DNA of 64,000 bases, from the NCBI RefSeq assembly GCF_009914755.1, contig NC_060935.1. One strand, 5' to 3'. The DNA is from the human T2T-CHM13v2.0 reference genome, Homo sapiens. The translations under genes were made by a program, and so were the position numbers. The notes under the pieces were generated by a model, which ran no database searches, was not told the origin of the DNA, and saw nothing but the letters and a program-made list of their open reading frames with translations. This document shows positions 1 through 13,300 of this stretch, piece after piece. The first letter of the stretch is position 1. Each line of letters starts with the position of its first letter.

Positions 1-174
1 GAGTAGCTGGGATTACAGGTGGTCGCCAACATGCCCCATTAATTTTTGCATTTTTAGTAGAGATGGGGTTTCACCATTTTGACCAGGCTGAACTCAAACT
101 CCTGACCTCAGGTAATCCACCCGCCTCACCTCCCAAAGTGCTGAGATCACAGGTATGAGCCACCACACCCAGCC
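1..174 (-). mobile_element. AluS, partial (cut by window edge)
   Basis: Reverse-complement Alu: gagtagctgggattacagg...gacctcaggtaatccacccgcc...gagccaccacacccagcc. Confidence 0.95.
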
Positions 175-189
175 TATTTTTTCTTTTTA

Positions 190-412
190 AGTATTATTTT
201 TAATTGACAAATAATAATTGTATATATTTATGGGGTACAATATGATGTTTTAATCCATGTATACATTGTGGAATGATCAAATCAGGGTAATTAGCATACA
301 CTTCACCTGAAATGTTTATCATTTATTTGTGGGAAAACATTCAAAATAATCTCTTCTAGCTATTTTCAAATATACAATATATTATTAACAGCAGTCACCT
401 TACTGTGCAGTA
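190..412 (-). mobile_element. L1MA-type 3' end fragment
   Basis: ttttaattgacaaataataattgtatatatttatggggtacaat...cagtcacct resembles an antisense L1MA 3'UTR. Confidence 0.85.
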
Positions 413-657
413 AGACTTTTAATTTCCTCAAGAAAGGAAAGCTACTTTAGAAAAAATTAATATTGTGTCAGTGAGATTCCTGCAGGCCAGCAGCCTAGGG
501 ATCAGCAAAGAAATTTACGGGGCAGCAGTGTGCTGGGAGATACTTGGCCTATTCCAAAGGAAAAAAAATATCTATTTGTGATATGCAATTTTTTTCTTTT
601 TGTGATATGTAATTTTTGATTGTTTTATTTCTTTCTATTATGCCTTGTGGGAAAAAA

Positions 658-725
658 GGGAGAGAGAGATTGAGATAGAGAAAATAAAGATAGAGAGAGA
701 CAGATGGAGAGAGAGAAGAGGAGAA
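658..725. repeat. GA-rich low-complexity tract
   Basis: gagagagagattgagatagag...gagagagaagaggaga. Confidence 0.85.
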
Positions 726-1159
726 AAAACTGAACTAGAAAATACATACACTGAAAAGTGAATCACTTACAACTGATATATATTAGAAATAAGTCAACAA
801 ATATTTATAGTGTTCCTATAGTATGCACAGTATGACGGGACTCATAGCTAGTATGTAAACTCTACGTGTTGTGTTTAGAAAATATGTGCAGGCTAATAAA
901 TTATTAAAGAAATACTGAAATAGTTCCAGAAAGTAACAATTTGAGTTTTAAATGTTAAAGATCTTTTAAAATTGTATTTTGACCAACACTGATTAATAAT
1001 ATTCACGGGATTACTTGGTTCTCTATATTAACAGATTGTGAGTGTGCTAAATCATTTTAAATAATTATACAATGCATTAAAAATTCAGGGTCTTGAGGGT
1101 GGTTTGCTTATTTTCAGTGACAGCTTCTATACCCAGTTTGGAAACACTAGTGTACTCCC

Positions 1160-1580
1160 TACTTGACCCTGTGGGTCATGTATTGTTATCCTGATCATTT
1201 TACCAAACAAAAACATAGAGAACATAAGTAATCTACTGGAAGTCACACATCTAAGAAGTGGTAACCTGTGTCTTCAGACTGTGTACCACGTGGGCATTCC
1301 ACTGTGCCTTGTTGCCCACAACACAGATCTGCCAAAAAGATTTCCCTTTTGATAATGGACTGCAAATTTGAAAGAATTATTAAACAGTGCTATCTTCCAG
1401 CTGCATTAGGCAGCGAAGAGCGTGGAAAAAGCATCCCATTGCTAGTCCCTGAATCACCTGAATCATATAATCTTTCTAGGCCTCACTCTCCCTGTTTATA
1501 AAATAAGGGGTAATAAAACCTTCCATCTCTCACAGATGAGTGTTTTAGGGACACATTAGATCACTTATGAGAGAAGCTTT
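1160..1580. mobile_element. Two degraded MIR fragments (minus then plus)
   Basis: aagtcacacatctaagaagtgg (MIR minus) and gcctcactctccctgtttataaaataaggggtaataa (MIR core, plus). Confidence 0.6.
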
Positions 1581-1929
1581 ATGGTCTTTGCAAGAAAAGT
1601 ACATGGCAAAATAACATTTTCCCCCATGATCGTCTAATATATCATAAAAAAAATGCTGGAAAGGTAATTAAGTATGTGGCTTTGACAGACGTGTTGAAAG
1701 GAATGAAAAACTGATGAAAATAAAGACAGTTGTTATCTTGGTGACTGGAATGGTATTACTTATAAGGACATTTCTAAGTTTCACTAAGACAGTTCATTAT
1801 GAAAAACAAGATGGGTATCTATAGTTCCATTAATTGTGTTTTAAGCTAAAATCCAGATTAATCTAAAAGTAAAATTTGTACCATAAAAGATCAGTGGTTG
1901 GTTCTTATTAAACTGCTACATCAGGATCC

Positions 1930-2260
1930 TACAACAAATGAAATATTTGGGAAAGTCCAGGAATGGACCAGTGAAAATGATTCAAGAATTAGGAAGCAGA
2001 ATCTGTTAAGGAAAGGTTGAAGGGACAAAATAAAGTAGAAGATAAAGCTGAAGGATGAGAGAAATATGGGAGGCAGATGGCAACTAGAGGATAGAATGAA
2101 AAGAAATTGGTTTAAATTATGACCAGAGGATTATAGGTAGTGCCCAAGGGAGACCGTGATGCTTCTGAGAGTTGTAAGCTACTGGAATGTACTATTGATT
2201 AAATTTATGAAATCTCTTTTTTTCTGGAGATATATTCAATAATAGGCCACCTTTCCATCT
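1930..2260 (+). mobile_element. L3/CR1 LINE 3' fragment
   Basis: gaaagtccaggaatggaccagtgaaaatgattc...aggaaaggttgaagg and agaggatagaatgaaaagaaattggtttaaatt resemble the CR1/L3 3' region. Confidence 0.6.
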
Positions 2261-2989
2261 CAGCAAATTGCTGGAGGCTGTGGATAAAAGGGTACATTCT
2301 ATCATATATTGTAGTTATGCCCTAAGATAATTAAATTTGGGGACAGAGTACTTCAATATGTGAAGTCTATCCCTAGAAGGGCTCCTTTATTTCAGGACCC
2401 CAATCAAATGCTACTGGGCATATTAATAGGCTCATGTTCCACTTTAAAGAAAAAAAATACCATTACTATTTTTCATAGCTCCAGAATTCTGGCTGCCTTA
2501 GCATTGACATCAGAGAAATCTCCCTATAATCAGCACCTGTTATGACAAAATATTAGAGGTTGTAGGATTAGCCACACTGTAGCACCTTATGAAACACCTA
2601 TGCACCCCAAATGGTAAAGATAATTGAATGCCTCCTTTAAAATTATCAAAAGCTTATAAAATGCAGTAATTATATACTCTCTGAATATTTAAAAATGATT
2701 AATATGCTTTAAACACACCAATAGTTAGGGTAACCTAATAATTTGTCATAGGCTAGAATATTACATAAACACAGTTATTCAGGGTACATTATATGCTCGA
2801 TGACTGCTTGAATTCTTTAAGGCATGTAAAGCATCCCAGCTTATAATCTTGCTTTTGTTATTTTTGTTAAATTAGCATGAAAAATATTTGAAAATATTAG
2901 TTTTTGTTGGTGTTAAGGAAAAGAATAGGTGAGGATGAATAATGCCCCATATCTCTTACTGAAGTTCTTACTCTTCATTTTAACCCCAG

Positions 2990-3445
2990 TTTTGCTTCTC
3001 TAGTCAACTCCAGAGCATCCTTACTTAGATGCCTCAATATATCCTGGACCCAATGTGATACCCAATGTCCCACTTTGTCTAGTGATGCTACCATGATTTT
3101 TTGACATTACGTATGTTTGAAATGTTCTTCCCCTAACACTAGCTGTGCCTGTCAAAAGTCTTACCCATATTTAAGCTCCAATTCAGAAAATCTTTCTCCA
3201 ATCCCTTCCTCACCCACAATTTGGTAAGATAGTTTCCCACCTGAGCCACACCCATGTCAGCTTGCTAGTGCCCTCTTGTTGTCACTTATCAGAATCTGGC
3301 TGATGTTTTGGTTCTCTGTCTTATCTTTAATCCTTCTCCTTTTGATCAGAAGCACTTTGAAGATGTTGATGTCTTATTCTTGTCTTCTCTGCAAAGCCTA
3401 GTTATCTTGCTTATGTTGGGTGCTTACTAAATATCTATTAAGTTG
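2990..3445 (+). mobile_element. L2 fragment
   Basis: Degenerate L2 3' end: ...gcaaagcctag...gttgggtgcttactaaatatctattaagttg. Confidence 0.55.
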
Positions 3446-4029
3446 GCGTCGCCTCCTGCCTCAGTTTTATCCATGTCGTTGGAGTCCTGTTTCATGTATT
3501 CAAACTGAATGTTTCTGGCTATCCCCACTTTTGCCATTGTGGTCTGGCCTTCTCTTGGGGATATGTGGCTGAATTCCTGCCCCAGCCACCTCATCTGAGC
3601 CTACATGGCCTCCTTGGCAGTTTCACCTTTTCCTGCCAAGCTTTGGAAGCCCTCTTTAAACACCAGAGTTACAATTTAGCAGCCCAGGAAATTTTTCCAA
3701 CCATTGGTTTCATTCCATTCCCCCAAGTTTGATTTGGGGTTCCTAGATTCTTATTTGTTTACACATAGTTGGGTTTAGCCTCTCTGGCTAATTCCATCAT
3801 TCATTGCCTGAGCTGGACAGCTGTTGGCTTCGTTTTCCACTTCCCTTCTGCCCAGGAACTGGTTCTTGGCTGTACTTCCCTTGCTTTTGTTACAGTCCAA
3901 ATACAAGTCTGGCCCTCCCCATCCAGCATACTCCAGATCCTACTAGGGTTACAGAGCTTTGCTGTCCTCCTTAAAGGGAGAGGAATTATGGCCCCTGTGT
4001 AAGTAGCAAGTCACCTTCTTACACCAGTA

Positions 4030-4475
4030 TCCAGAGCCTTCCATAACTTGCTCTCACCCTGTCTAGACAGCTTCTCTGCCATGTCCTGTCCAACGGCTCC
4101 CTCCTTGCAGTGAGGCTGTTCTTACTCTTGAGGACAACAGACTCAGACTGATCCCCCACTGGGGTTTTGCTTACACTGGGGTGGTCCCTCATTCAGAATA
4201 TCCACCTCCTTACTCTCATTTTTTTTGTAACAGTTCCTTTAGGTCCTACTTCAAGATGTACTCTCTCTGTGATGCTTTCATGTGACAGTTCAGATCATCT
4301 GATTTTTACCCCTTCTTATGCACACATAGCACCTATGAATTTGGCCTTGACTCATTGTTATCCTCTGATTGTTCTAGGAATGGGTGTATCATCTTACCAG
4401 TTAGCTTATAAAGGTCTGCCAAGGGGGGGGATTATGCCATAAACTTCTTATTTGCCATTGCACCTTGCTCAGAAA
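4030..4475 (+). mobile_element. L2 fragment
   Basis: ccttccataacttgctc...tcctttaggtcctacttcaagatgtactctctctgtgatgcttt is L2-like. Confidence 0.5.
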
Positions 4476-4584
4476 ATACATACATATACACGTGTGTGTG
4501 TGTATGTATACATACACATACATATATTGATATATGCCAGGCATGATGTAAAATGCTGTACATAAATTATTTAACCTACATAAC

Positions 4585-5286
4585 TAGTGTTGCTGTTACA
4601 GGAAAGGGATCCAAATCCAGACTCACAGAGAGGGTTCTTAGATCTTGCACAAGAAAGAATTTAGGGTGAGTCCATAGAGTAAAGTGAAAGCAAGTTTATT
4701 AAGAAAGCAAAGGAATAAGAGAGTGGCTGCTTCATAGACAGAGCAGCCCTAAGGGCTCTTGGTTACCCATTTTTATGGTTATTTCCTGATGATATGCTAA
4801 ACAAGGGGTGGATTATTCATGCCGCCCTTTTTTAGACCATATAGGGTAACTTCCTGACGTTGTCATGGCATCTGTTAACTGTCATGGCACTGGTGGGAGT
4901 ATAACAGTGAGGACAACTAGAGGTCACTCTTGTCACCATCTTCGTCTTGGTGGGCTTTGGCTGGCTTCTTTATTGCAACCTGTTTTATCAGCAAGGTCTT
5001 TATGACCTGTATGTTGTGCCAACCTCCTATCTCATCCTGGGACTTAGAATGCTTTAACTGTCAGGGAATGCAGTCCAGTAGGTTTCAGCCTCATTTTACC
5101 CAGCTCCTATTCAAGATGGAGTTGCTCTGGTTCACGTGCCTCTGACACTGCTAGATAAAATATAGGATGCAAATAATACATCCTGTAATATCCTAAAATA
5201 TTATCCTAAAAATTAATTTTTGTGTATCTGATATTCAAATTTAACTGAACCTCCTATATTTTAATTTGATAATTCTAGCAATCCTT
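4585..5286. mobile_element. MER53 palindromic hAT MITE (internally deleted), split by MER41A
   Basis: tagtgttgc|tagataaaatatagga...tatctgatattcaaatttaactgaacctcctatatttt...tctagcaatcct matches the MER53 TIRs; flanks tacataac / catataac resemble an 8-bp TSD. Confidence 0.8.
4594..5147 (-). mobile_element. MER41A solo LTR (ERV1), full length 554 bp
   Basis: TG...CA termini (tgttacagg...cctctgaca); colinear with the MER41 consensus; 4-bp TSD-like ttgc/ctgc; lacks the GAS-containing segment of MER41B. Confidence 0.93.
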
Positions 5287-6764
5287 CATATAACATTTCT
5301 GAGAGGTAGGTATTTCTTATATACAGAGTTTTATAGATAAGGAAACTGAGGCTCAGAGGCATTGGATAATTTTTCCAAAATTGGACTTCAGATGAAATCT
5401 GCTGGTCTGCAGAGGCATATGCTCTCTAAGCATTATTCCTGGCTTGGTGAATGTGAAGTAAGATGCTGCATACTGTGACATGGCATTCTTTGGGACAGCC
5501 TAGATTCTATCTGTTTAAAGGAGTGAATTACATGGCCTCTGGGTCATCTTCAGATCTGCTGCTCCTAAGATAAAAGTCCTATCCAATAGTTGGAAAATGC
5601 AATACTCTGAATATTATCTTAATGTAGGGATGGAACTCTTTTGAGCACAAAAGCAAAATCTGGGCCAAAAGCCTAGTCACTGTAAGTACTACTGGAAGCA
5701 GTGAAGATAAAATACATTGTGCACGATAAGGTACCTTTTAAATAATCTTTTAACAGTTTTTTGTTTTGCTTAATATACTCCCCTGTAAATATTGGTTTCC
5801 TTTATTAGACTATTATAGTAAAATTAAATTAGCACTTTGCAGAATATTTTTTTCAAAAAAAAAAACTACTCATTTCTTACAATAACATTAAATTTAATTC
5901 AGGCTCCCTTGTCTAAAAGAAAATATCTTTGCATTTAGTGGATCTAATTAGCATTACACAGACCTTTCCCATTAAGGGAGGGGACTTGGAATATTGTCTT
6001 TGAATAGAGAAATTCATTTACCTATTAATGAAGAAGAACAGGACGAAAGTCTAGGGAGCTTTACAAGATAGCTTTCTCCTTCTTTTGTCTTTCCCTCCTT
6101 TCTGTTGGGTTAAGGCAGGGATTTGGTGGAAAGCTTTGCATCATGTTGGTCTGTGGAAACCAGATCTAATGGGAGAAAATGGATCTGTAGCCTCTTAAAG
6201 TGAGATACCTATATATTATCTCAGATATAAGCAACCTAAGATAACATTCCTGACATAATCTGTCTCCAGGAACCTTAGCAAAACCGCAAAGTATAAATGA
6301 TGTGGTTTTTTGGCCTCCTTGTCCCCCATTCTGAGCCTTGCCCCCTATTCTGCTGTTCTCTTTGCCAATAGTTCTCTTGATGAATTTTCATCACGAAAGT
6401 TTCCCGCTTTACCCAGCCCTGCCTCTAAAGCTCCAAAAGGAGCTCTTATACCCTTCAACCGCAGGACACACCCCCATTGTCACTATAGTTGATGTTGGTG
6501 GAGCTGATGTTCTGTTTGTTTAAAATTTGACTTCCTCCCAGACAACAGATGCATTGTTCGTTCATTTTAATTGGAAAAGATTTTAGGGATGAGGGTAGCT
6601 GACTCTACTCGCCTGCAGAATATGGTTTCACATAGCGTATTAAAACGAGAGAGGGAGCAGATGAAGTATTTGGATTGGGGCATCTAGGTTAGACATCTTA
6701 AATTTCTTTTGGTACTAAACGAAGAGAAGTGCATGTTCTGTGGCAATGCAAAGATTGTCCTTAG

Positions 6765-6945
6765 ATAGAACAGCGCTTGAATTCTTTCCGGGTGACCTCA
6801 GGCAAGTTTCATAAACTCAACTCTTCTTTTCCTTGTCTAAAAGATTATGTTGAATACTGCTACCTTTCTGTGTTTTTGAGAAGATTAAGGGAAGTAACAT
6901 GTCTTGGATCTTTTTGAATCTCCATAAATGACAGCTATTACTGTT
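6765..6945 (+). mobile_element. MIR
   Basis: ggtgacctcaggcaagtttcataaactc...gagaagattaagg. Confidence 0.65.
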
Positions 6946-8314
6946 GTACCTGTTATATGTGTTTGAAATCAGGTGCGCCGTTCATCCCATCAGCTGTTCG
7001 TACATAGCTTCAACTCCCCCAGGGCACAGCAACTTTGCTTTGGCAATAACATTGGTGACTGTAATGGTGCTTCTTGAATTCTGCAAAGATCTATTCTTCA
7101 TATTTTTAATCATTTTTTAAAAAATGATTTATCCCTAATTCATAGAATTAATTGAAGTGGTTTTCATCGTACAGAAAGCTTTTGAGTTGGCATTTTAGCT
7201 AATTCTGCTCCTGAAAGGTTAAAGAAAAATATTTGACAGCTTTTTTTCCCCCCCTTTTCATCTTATTGTCCAAATGCCCCTTAACTCATTCATACAACCA
7301 AAGATGAGAGCATATGTTGAGTTAGTGTTTCACTTTGTGGCCATATTAGTACCATCTATTTTTGAAACAGGTATGTCCAGGAATATAAAATGGAGGTTGA
7401 AACACAGGTCTTCAACAGGCTACTGACAAGATGATGGAGATGGTAGAAAAGGAGTGGGGAATGCATATATTTTAGTCCTTTGATAGTCTGTGATCTTCAC
7501 TGAGGTCTGTGTGGTAACTATTTATAAATTAGAATATGTCTTCAGGGGCCACTTCATTTTCTAAACATGCTGAAGAACATCTTCAAGGATTGAAAAAAAG
7601 AAAGAAAAATTTAAAAAGAATGATTGGTAGAAAATTAAGTCATTATCTCAGCTGGAGGGCAGTATTTTGCCTTGAGCTGTGTTTTGAATAGCCTGTGGAA
7701 TTTACTTAGATTATTTGAGCTAGAGATTTGTAATATAAAATGATATCCCTTTGTATTTATGTAGAAGCTTTCATTTTAGAAATGCTAACTGCTAAAAAAA
7801 AATGTAACATCCTGTGGCAAGAGAAAAGATAGAAATGATTAAAGCAGTCAAAGACAAGTTATTGAAAAATTAATTAATATTTGCAAATTCTTGATAACCA
7901 AGATGTCCCAGATTCTGTTGTATGATATGGACGTTGTATAGACGTGAAGGGTTGGGGGACAAGAAGGAGTTAGGGCTGGATATGATAATAAGTTTCATCT
8001 TCAATGTTTCAAATATTGGTGACTATCAATTTAATTTTACACTTTCTGTAGTTTGTATTATCAACATTCTTGCCAGGACATCTTAAGGTAAAAAGATGAA
8101 ATGTACAAAGCCACACAACAGATTTCCCACTAGTGTGTTGGCCTGGATTGGTAGATATGAAAATATTCCTAAAAAGCCAAAAAGTTTGTCTAGGCTCACT
8201 AGTGTCTTAAAATAGTTGTCTCATCAGAGACATCTCTTGTAGTACTAGCTTAAAAAGAGAAATTATAAAGTTCCATAGATAAGTTAGAAAAGTAAACATT
8301 CAATTATTCCTACA

Positions 8315-8530
8315 AAGCACCGGTGCAGCTCCAAATGCTTTACATGTATGAACATGTTAATCCCTATAGCAGTCTCCTAAGATGGATACATGATTGTTGT
8401 TTTAAGATGGAGAAGCAGGAGCACAGAGAGGTTAAGTCAATTGGCTGTTTTTATAGCTAATAACAGTTTCAGGATTCAAACTCAGCAAGTCTGATTCCAG
8501 GTTCCATGCTCTTAGCCATTATTCTCTGCT
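8315..8530 (-). mobile_element. MIR
   Basis: aaatgctttacatg...gagcacagagaggttaagt...aggattcaaactcagcaagtctgattccag. Confidence 0.8.
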
Positions 8531-8698
8531 ATTTCTTTTCTCCTTTTCCCAGTTATTTTCCTCTTTCTCCTCCTCCTCCTTTGTTTGCTTTCCTGTTTTT
8601 TTTTTCCCCATTAAAGGCATGGTACTTATTCCTACCAAAAAAATCTAACAATCTGTCCTCCCTTGCTCCCTCCTTCCTTCCCTCCCTTCCTTCCTTCC
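8525..8698. repeat. CT-rich / (CCTT)n low-complexity tract
   Basis: ctcctcctcctcct...tccttccttccctcccttccttccttcc. Confidence 0.75.
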
Positions 8699-9089
8699 AG
8701 TCAAAAATAAGCAGTCTCATGTGAAGGGAGAAGGTGGCTGGGTAGGGTTAGGTCTGAGCTGGAGGAAGGAAGCTACAGAGAGGAGCAAGGACTGGTCATG
8801 TCAGGAGATGACTGATGATATACTGAATAGTGGAAATGTTTTTCCCCATGAGAGGAGAAGGATGTTTCAGATAGAAAAGGTAAAGGCTTGATTGACTCTT
8901 GTGATACTGGGTTAGAATTAGAGGTACTGGTATATTCTCAAAGTATATATTCAGCCATAGAAATAAATATATAATAGATACAATGGTGTGTGCATATCTG
9001 TGTGTATTTATATAAAAGACATTTTATAGCTCTGCCCAGTGAGAAGTCCTGGGAGGAGTGGCACCTCAGTAGCAATGAGTATACCTATA

Positions 9090-9350
9090 GCACAGCCTGC
9101 AGTCTTAAAAAATACTAAGTCCATGAAAGTCAAAGAGGACTGAAGACTGTTTTCCTGATTGAAGAAAACTAAAGCCTTGTGACCACTCAGTGCCACAGAT
9201 GATCTCAGGTTGGGTTCTTTTACTATAAAGGACCACTAGTCAAATTTTAAAAGGTGTCTCTGAGTGAAGGATATATGAGAGTTCTTTGGTATACCTCTTG
9301 CCATTTTTCTGTGAGTTTGAAAATATGTTCTAATAAAAACTAGAAGAAAC
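9090..9350 (+). mobile_element. L1MC-type 3' end fragment
   Basis: catgaaagtcaaagaggactgaagactgttttcctgattgaag...ctcttgccatttttctgtgagtttgaaa...aataaaa. Confidence 0.7.
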
Positions 9351-11659
9351 AAATAATAATCATGGCCAGGGTAATAGAGTTGTTACCCTCTAGTTCTTTT
9401 TGTCAATAAATTTAAATTTTTGGAATTCAGCCAAATACCCAGAACCAAGGATTACTAAACTCTACTAATCATGATTAAAATGTGTCTCTGTTAATTGCAA
9501 ATAATGAGTCTGAATAATGGTAATATTTTTCTACTCTTTTTGGGGGGAACATACTTTCATGCATTGAAATATCATGCTTTTAAGAAATGGGCTGTATTTC
9601 AGCAACCTGTTTCTCTGAACTGCTTTTGTTAAATAATGTTTCTGAATGATACTAACTGGAGAGGTTTTTAGAACATAGAGTCCAGGTAATTAAGGGAAAG
9701 GTGCTTTTCTTGCCTTGTAGTAATTTCAAATGTGAGAAGCATGGCAGAAATAAGATGTGCAAAGCCATATAAGAGATTTCTTATTAGTGTATGTTTACAT
9801 ATATAGTAGCTATAGGAATCTTCTTATAGCTGAATTTTCTTCTCGTCACTGACTTTCTTTTAGAGAAGGCCAAATACCATTACATTTCTTAAGGATTTTT
9901 AATTTTATATTAAATTGTGTGTACTTTTACAGTCCTCCTAAATTCAGATGAATTCAGTAAATTCTATTTAATATTCTCACACAGAAACCTCGATCTATAG
10001 AAAGAGAGGTATTTAATCATATTAACCTGGTTATTGGTGAAATTTCATTACAGTAGATCCCATGCACTACTTATTCTGTTGCCTAAAATATCCACTGTTG
10101 GACTGTTTTACACTTTTTACCATTATTTAAAAGGTGCTATGATCAATATTCTTGTAAACGAATCTGCTTTTACTTTTTTCCCCTTAGAACAAATTTCTAG
10201 AAGTAGACTTGCAGGTCAAAGGAATGCACATATTTTAGGCTTTTGATAAATGTCACCAAATTATTTGTAGTTGCACAGACTAAAATGTCCCCATCCATTT
10301 TAACTTTTTATTTTTAACATGAAAAAGGCTATAATGTAGCATATTTAGCATAACAAAATAAAACCTTGAGTTTGAGTATTTCATTCTGTTTTTAGAATGA
10401 TGAGTTTATTGAATTCAGGCTGTACCATGGTGTCTTGAGAACATAGAATTTCTCATCCTCAGGGTGGTTTCAGAGTATATGGAATTGTAAGTGCTGGCCC
10501 CTGAATCATGTGCTAAAGGGCTAATATGGAACGTGTTCCTCCTTCCTTTAAGAAATGTTTGGTCCTTCCTGCCAATTATTTGCATTTTTGAGGGACAGGA
10601 CAAAAATTGGAGGCAAAATTTCACTTTTTCCCCATGTTAAGCCTTTTCCTGCCCTATCTAAAGCCAAATCTAAACAAAGGACAAATTTGTTCATTGTTCC
10701 TTAATAGTGGAATAAAAACAAGTTTGGCCAGCAGTGATAATAACCCTCCATTTTACTCAAAGTCTGCTGTAAATCCCTCACCACTTCTCTGAGTCTTCTA
10801 AAGACTTTCAGGTCTTTAGGTAGTCTGCCTCCCACCTTGCTTCATCCTCAAGAGGTTGACTGTATAGGTCTAAGGATCTCCAAGTTCTGACCTTTACCAA
10901 TAAGTTTATGCTGTAGACTTGGAGAGCATGCATACTTTCAACAGTGGTGTCTCTTTTCTACCATTTACCTTGGATTTTTTTTTTAGACCAACAGTGTTCC
11001 TAATGCTAGCTTCTATTGCTGCTCCTTTTTGATGTCATTTTGTCATGACAATTTTTTGTTTGCTTTTTACAATAAGTTGCTGTTCCAGGGCAGAGATGAA
11101 TTTTTTTTTCAGTAAGTCATGAGTGTGGTACATCCACTAAATCCAGTTACACATGTAACAGAATGTACTATTATTATTGGCAGTGACCTCATTGATTAAT
11201 TACAGCCTGACCCTCTTGGCAACTTCCTACTGATTTTACTTCTTGAGTGATTAGTTCCAACATTGCTTATGCAGTTGAAGTAAAGGAGGCTTACAATAAT
11301 AGTCCTACTTTGGAACACTCTCTGCCCTACTGACATTAATTAACAAAACACTCCACAGAGGAAAATGGGTATTTATTCTGCCTTAGATGAAAAGAGTAAG
11401 AGACTTGGTGCAGACCATTCATCAGATTGGATGAGAACAAAATCAACCATTCTTCTGTTAGACATCAGCCAGATGGGTTTGGGTGGAGAGAAGGTAGCCA
11501 AAGATCTACAAAAAAGCAAATAGTATGTGACACATTTCCTACAAAATATGCTTATCTATAGCCAGTCCACATTCTGAATTTAGATGGGAAGGTGAATTGC
11601 AGCCAAGCCTCCCTCCAACAGTTTGGGGGAAGATTTCTCTTAGGGAATTAATGAGGAAT

Positions 11660-12132
11660 TATATTAATTAGGGTAAAAATTAAGCTGTCGTAACAAAGAC
11701 ACTCCCAAAATGCAGCGGCATAATGAAGACAGACAGTTTATTTCTCATTAATGTGATAGGTCTGAGGTGAGAGTACATGTTGATTGGGTGGCACTATTCT
11801 GAATAATTAATCAGAGACAATGATTTCTTTATGGTGAGCCCCACTATCTCACTGGGTATTATCTTTGTCTCTGTAGTTGTAGTTGATGCTGGGTCATAGG
11901 CATGTCCATGTTCCAGCTAATAAAAAAGGAAAGAAAGGAACTCCAGGGCACATGGCTTGACTTTTACATTGGAAGTGACCTGGAAGTCACATTCCTTTGG
12001 CCTGAAGTAGCCATACCCATTTGTAAAAAAAGGCTGGAAAATGTGTGTGGTTTCCAGTGGGATGACCATGATTTCCCATTATCATGAAAGAAGAAAACAG
12101 ATATGGGTGAGCAAGTGGCAGTCTTCACCACA
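11660..12132 (-). mobile_element. MLT1 (MLT1I/J/K-like) ERVL-MaLR solo LTR
   Basis: attaattaggg...agctgtcgtaacaaagac...gtttatttctc...aaggctggaaaatgt...gcagtcttcaccaca. Confidence 0.75.
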
Positions 12133-12929
12133 GATCCATGTGTTATGGCCCTTCTTTACTACTGAAAATTTTGTCAAAGGACACATGACTAGCACTTAAA
12201 GCCACTCCATATATATGTGTTGAATGAGTTGCTTCAAGTATGAAGAAATAGAGCAAATTTCAGTTTACAAATACCAAGTCCTGACTGTATGTAAATACAC
12301 ACTAAACAGTTTTTCCTCCTAATTTAATCATGCTGCTTACTTAAGCCTGAGTTTGTTCACTTGCTCAGCAAAGTGGATATATCATATTTGCTTTACTCAA
12401 CTAAGCTTTTTTCTTGATTGAGTTTCGGTGGTGTTTCTCTCTCGCTCTCCCCCACACCCCGCCACCACACACACAACATAAATAGCATTCTTTCCCTTCA
12501 GATCTCAATAACAGAGATATGACACACATAACTGAAGCCTAATTGAGGCTGTTCATATTGTGAGGCTGCTGTCTACTTCTATATCAAGCACTGTTTGTCA
12601 TAAAGGGATGCTTAAATACAGGAAATCAATCTTGTACCCACAGCAAGTACACAGAACACTAGGCTGCTACTCATGTAATGAGTAAACCAATGTAAATGGA
12701 TGTCCAGATGCTCATCTTTAGCCAAAACAGCCTAAATTAAATTTCAGTAGATTTTTAAGTTGGAACAAATTTCTCTCCTTATAGAACTTCACCTTTTTCC
12801 TCACTGTATTCTTTTGGTGTCACTGAATGTCATTCCAATAAGTTTTCTCCACGAAACTGCTAGAATTCAAGTTCTATGCGTGATTCAAGTACTCAGTAGG
12901 TAAAGGCTGACACAGAGAATTTTCCTAGT

Positions 12930-13300
12930 CCAGGGAAGTTACTCATAAGTGGTATAATCATGGTATAAGCAGTATACTGTAGAAATATAGGGGAGGCACA
13001 GATTAATTCAAAATGAGTAAGTCTGGAAAAGGCTACTTGAGAGAAGGAAGATTTGAACTTGGCCTTTCAAACTTTAGTTGGACTCAACAATTGCAGGAAG
13101 GCTGCGTCTGACAGAAAGAAGGGCTGAGCTACAGAGATGGAGAAGTTTAGGAAAACAGCACCTGGCTGTGTTTGGAAAGGGTGGGAGGGTAAGTAAGAAT
13201 AAACAACATGAGTAGGTAGAGGCCAAATTGTGGGTGGACCAAAAAGCATCTGAGAAATTATGTGAAAGGAAGAGGTCAGGCTCTCAAAAATACAGTTTCT
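12930..13300 (-). mobile_element. L2 fragment
   Basis: gtctggaaaaggctacttgagagaaggaagatttgaacttggcctt; purine-rich antisense L2 pattern. Confidence 0.55.

Larger units (their letters stand above)
4535..5440 (-). mobile_element. MIR interrupted by MER53 and MER41A
   Basis: gccaggcatgatgtaaaatgct... before the insert and ttttatagataaggaaactgaggctcagag after it. Confidence 0.75.

Noticed and set aside
5152-5286. MER53 as a miR-1302-type hairpin precursor
   Set aside because: The central part carrying the miR-1302-like sequence is deleted or diverged, and the left arm is disrupted by MER41A.
6310-6523. Short ORFs in unique sequence (also 1268, 44128-44686, 51352, 52928, 61953)
   Set aside because: 60-130 aa, mostly non-ATG starts, no recognisable domain or paired splice sites; expected at random.
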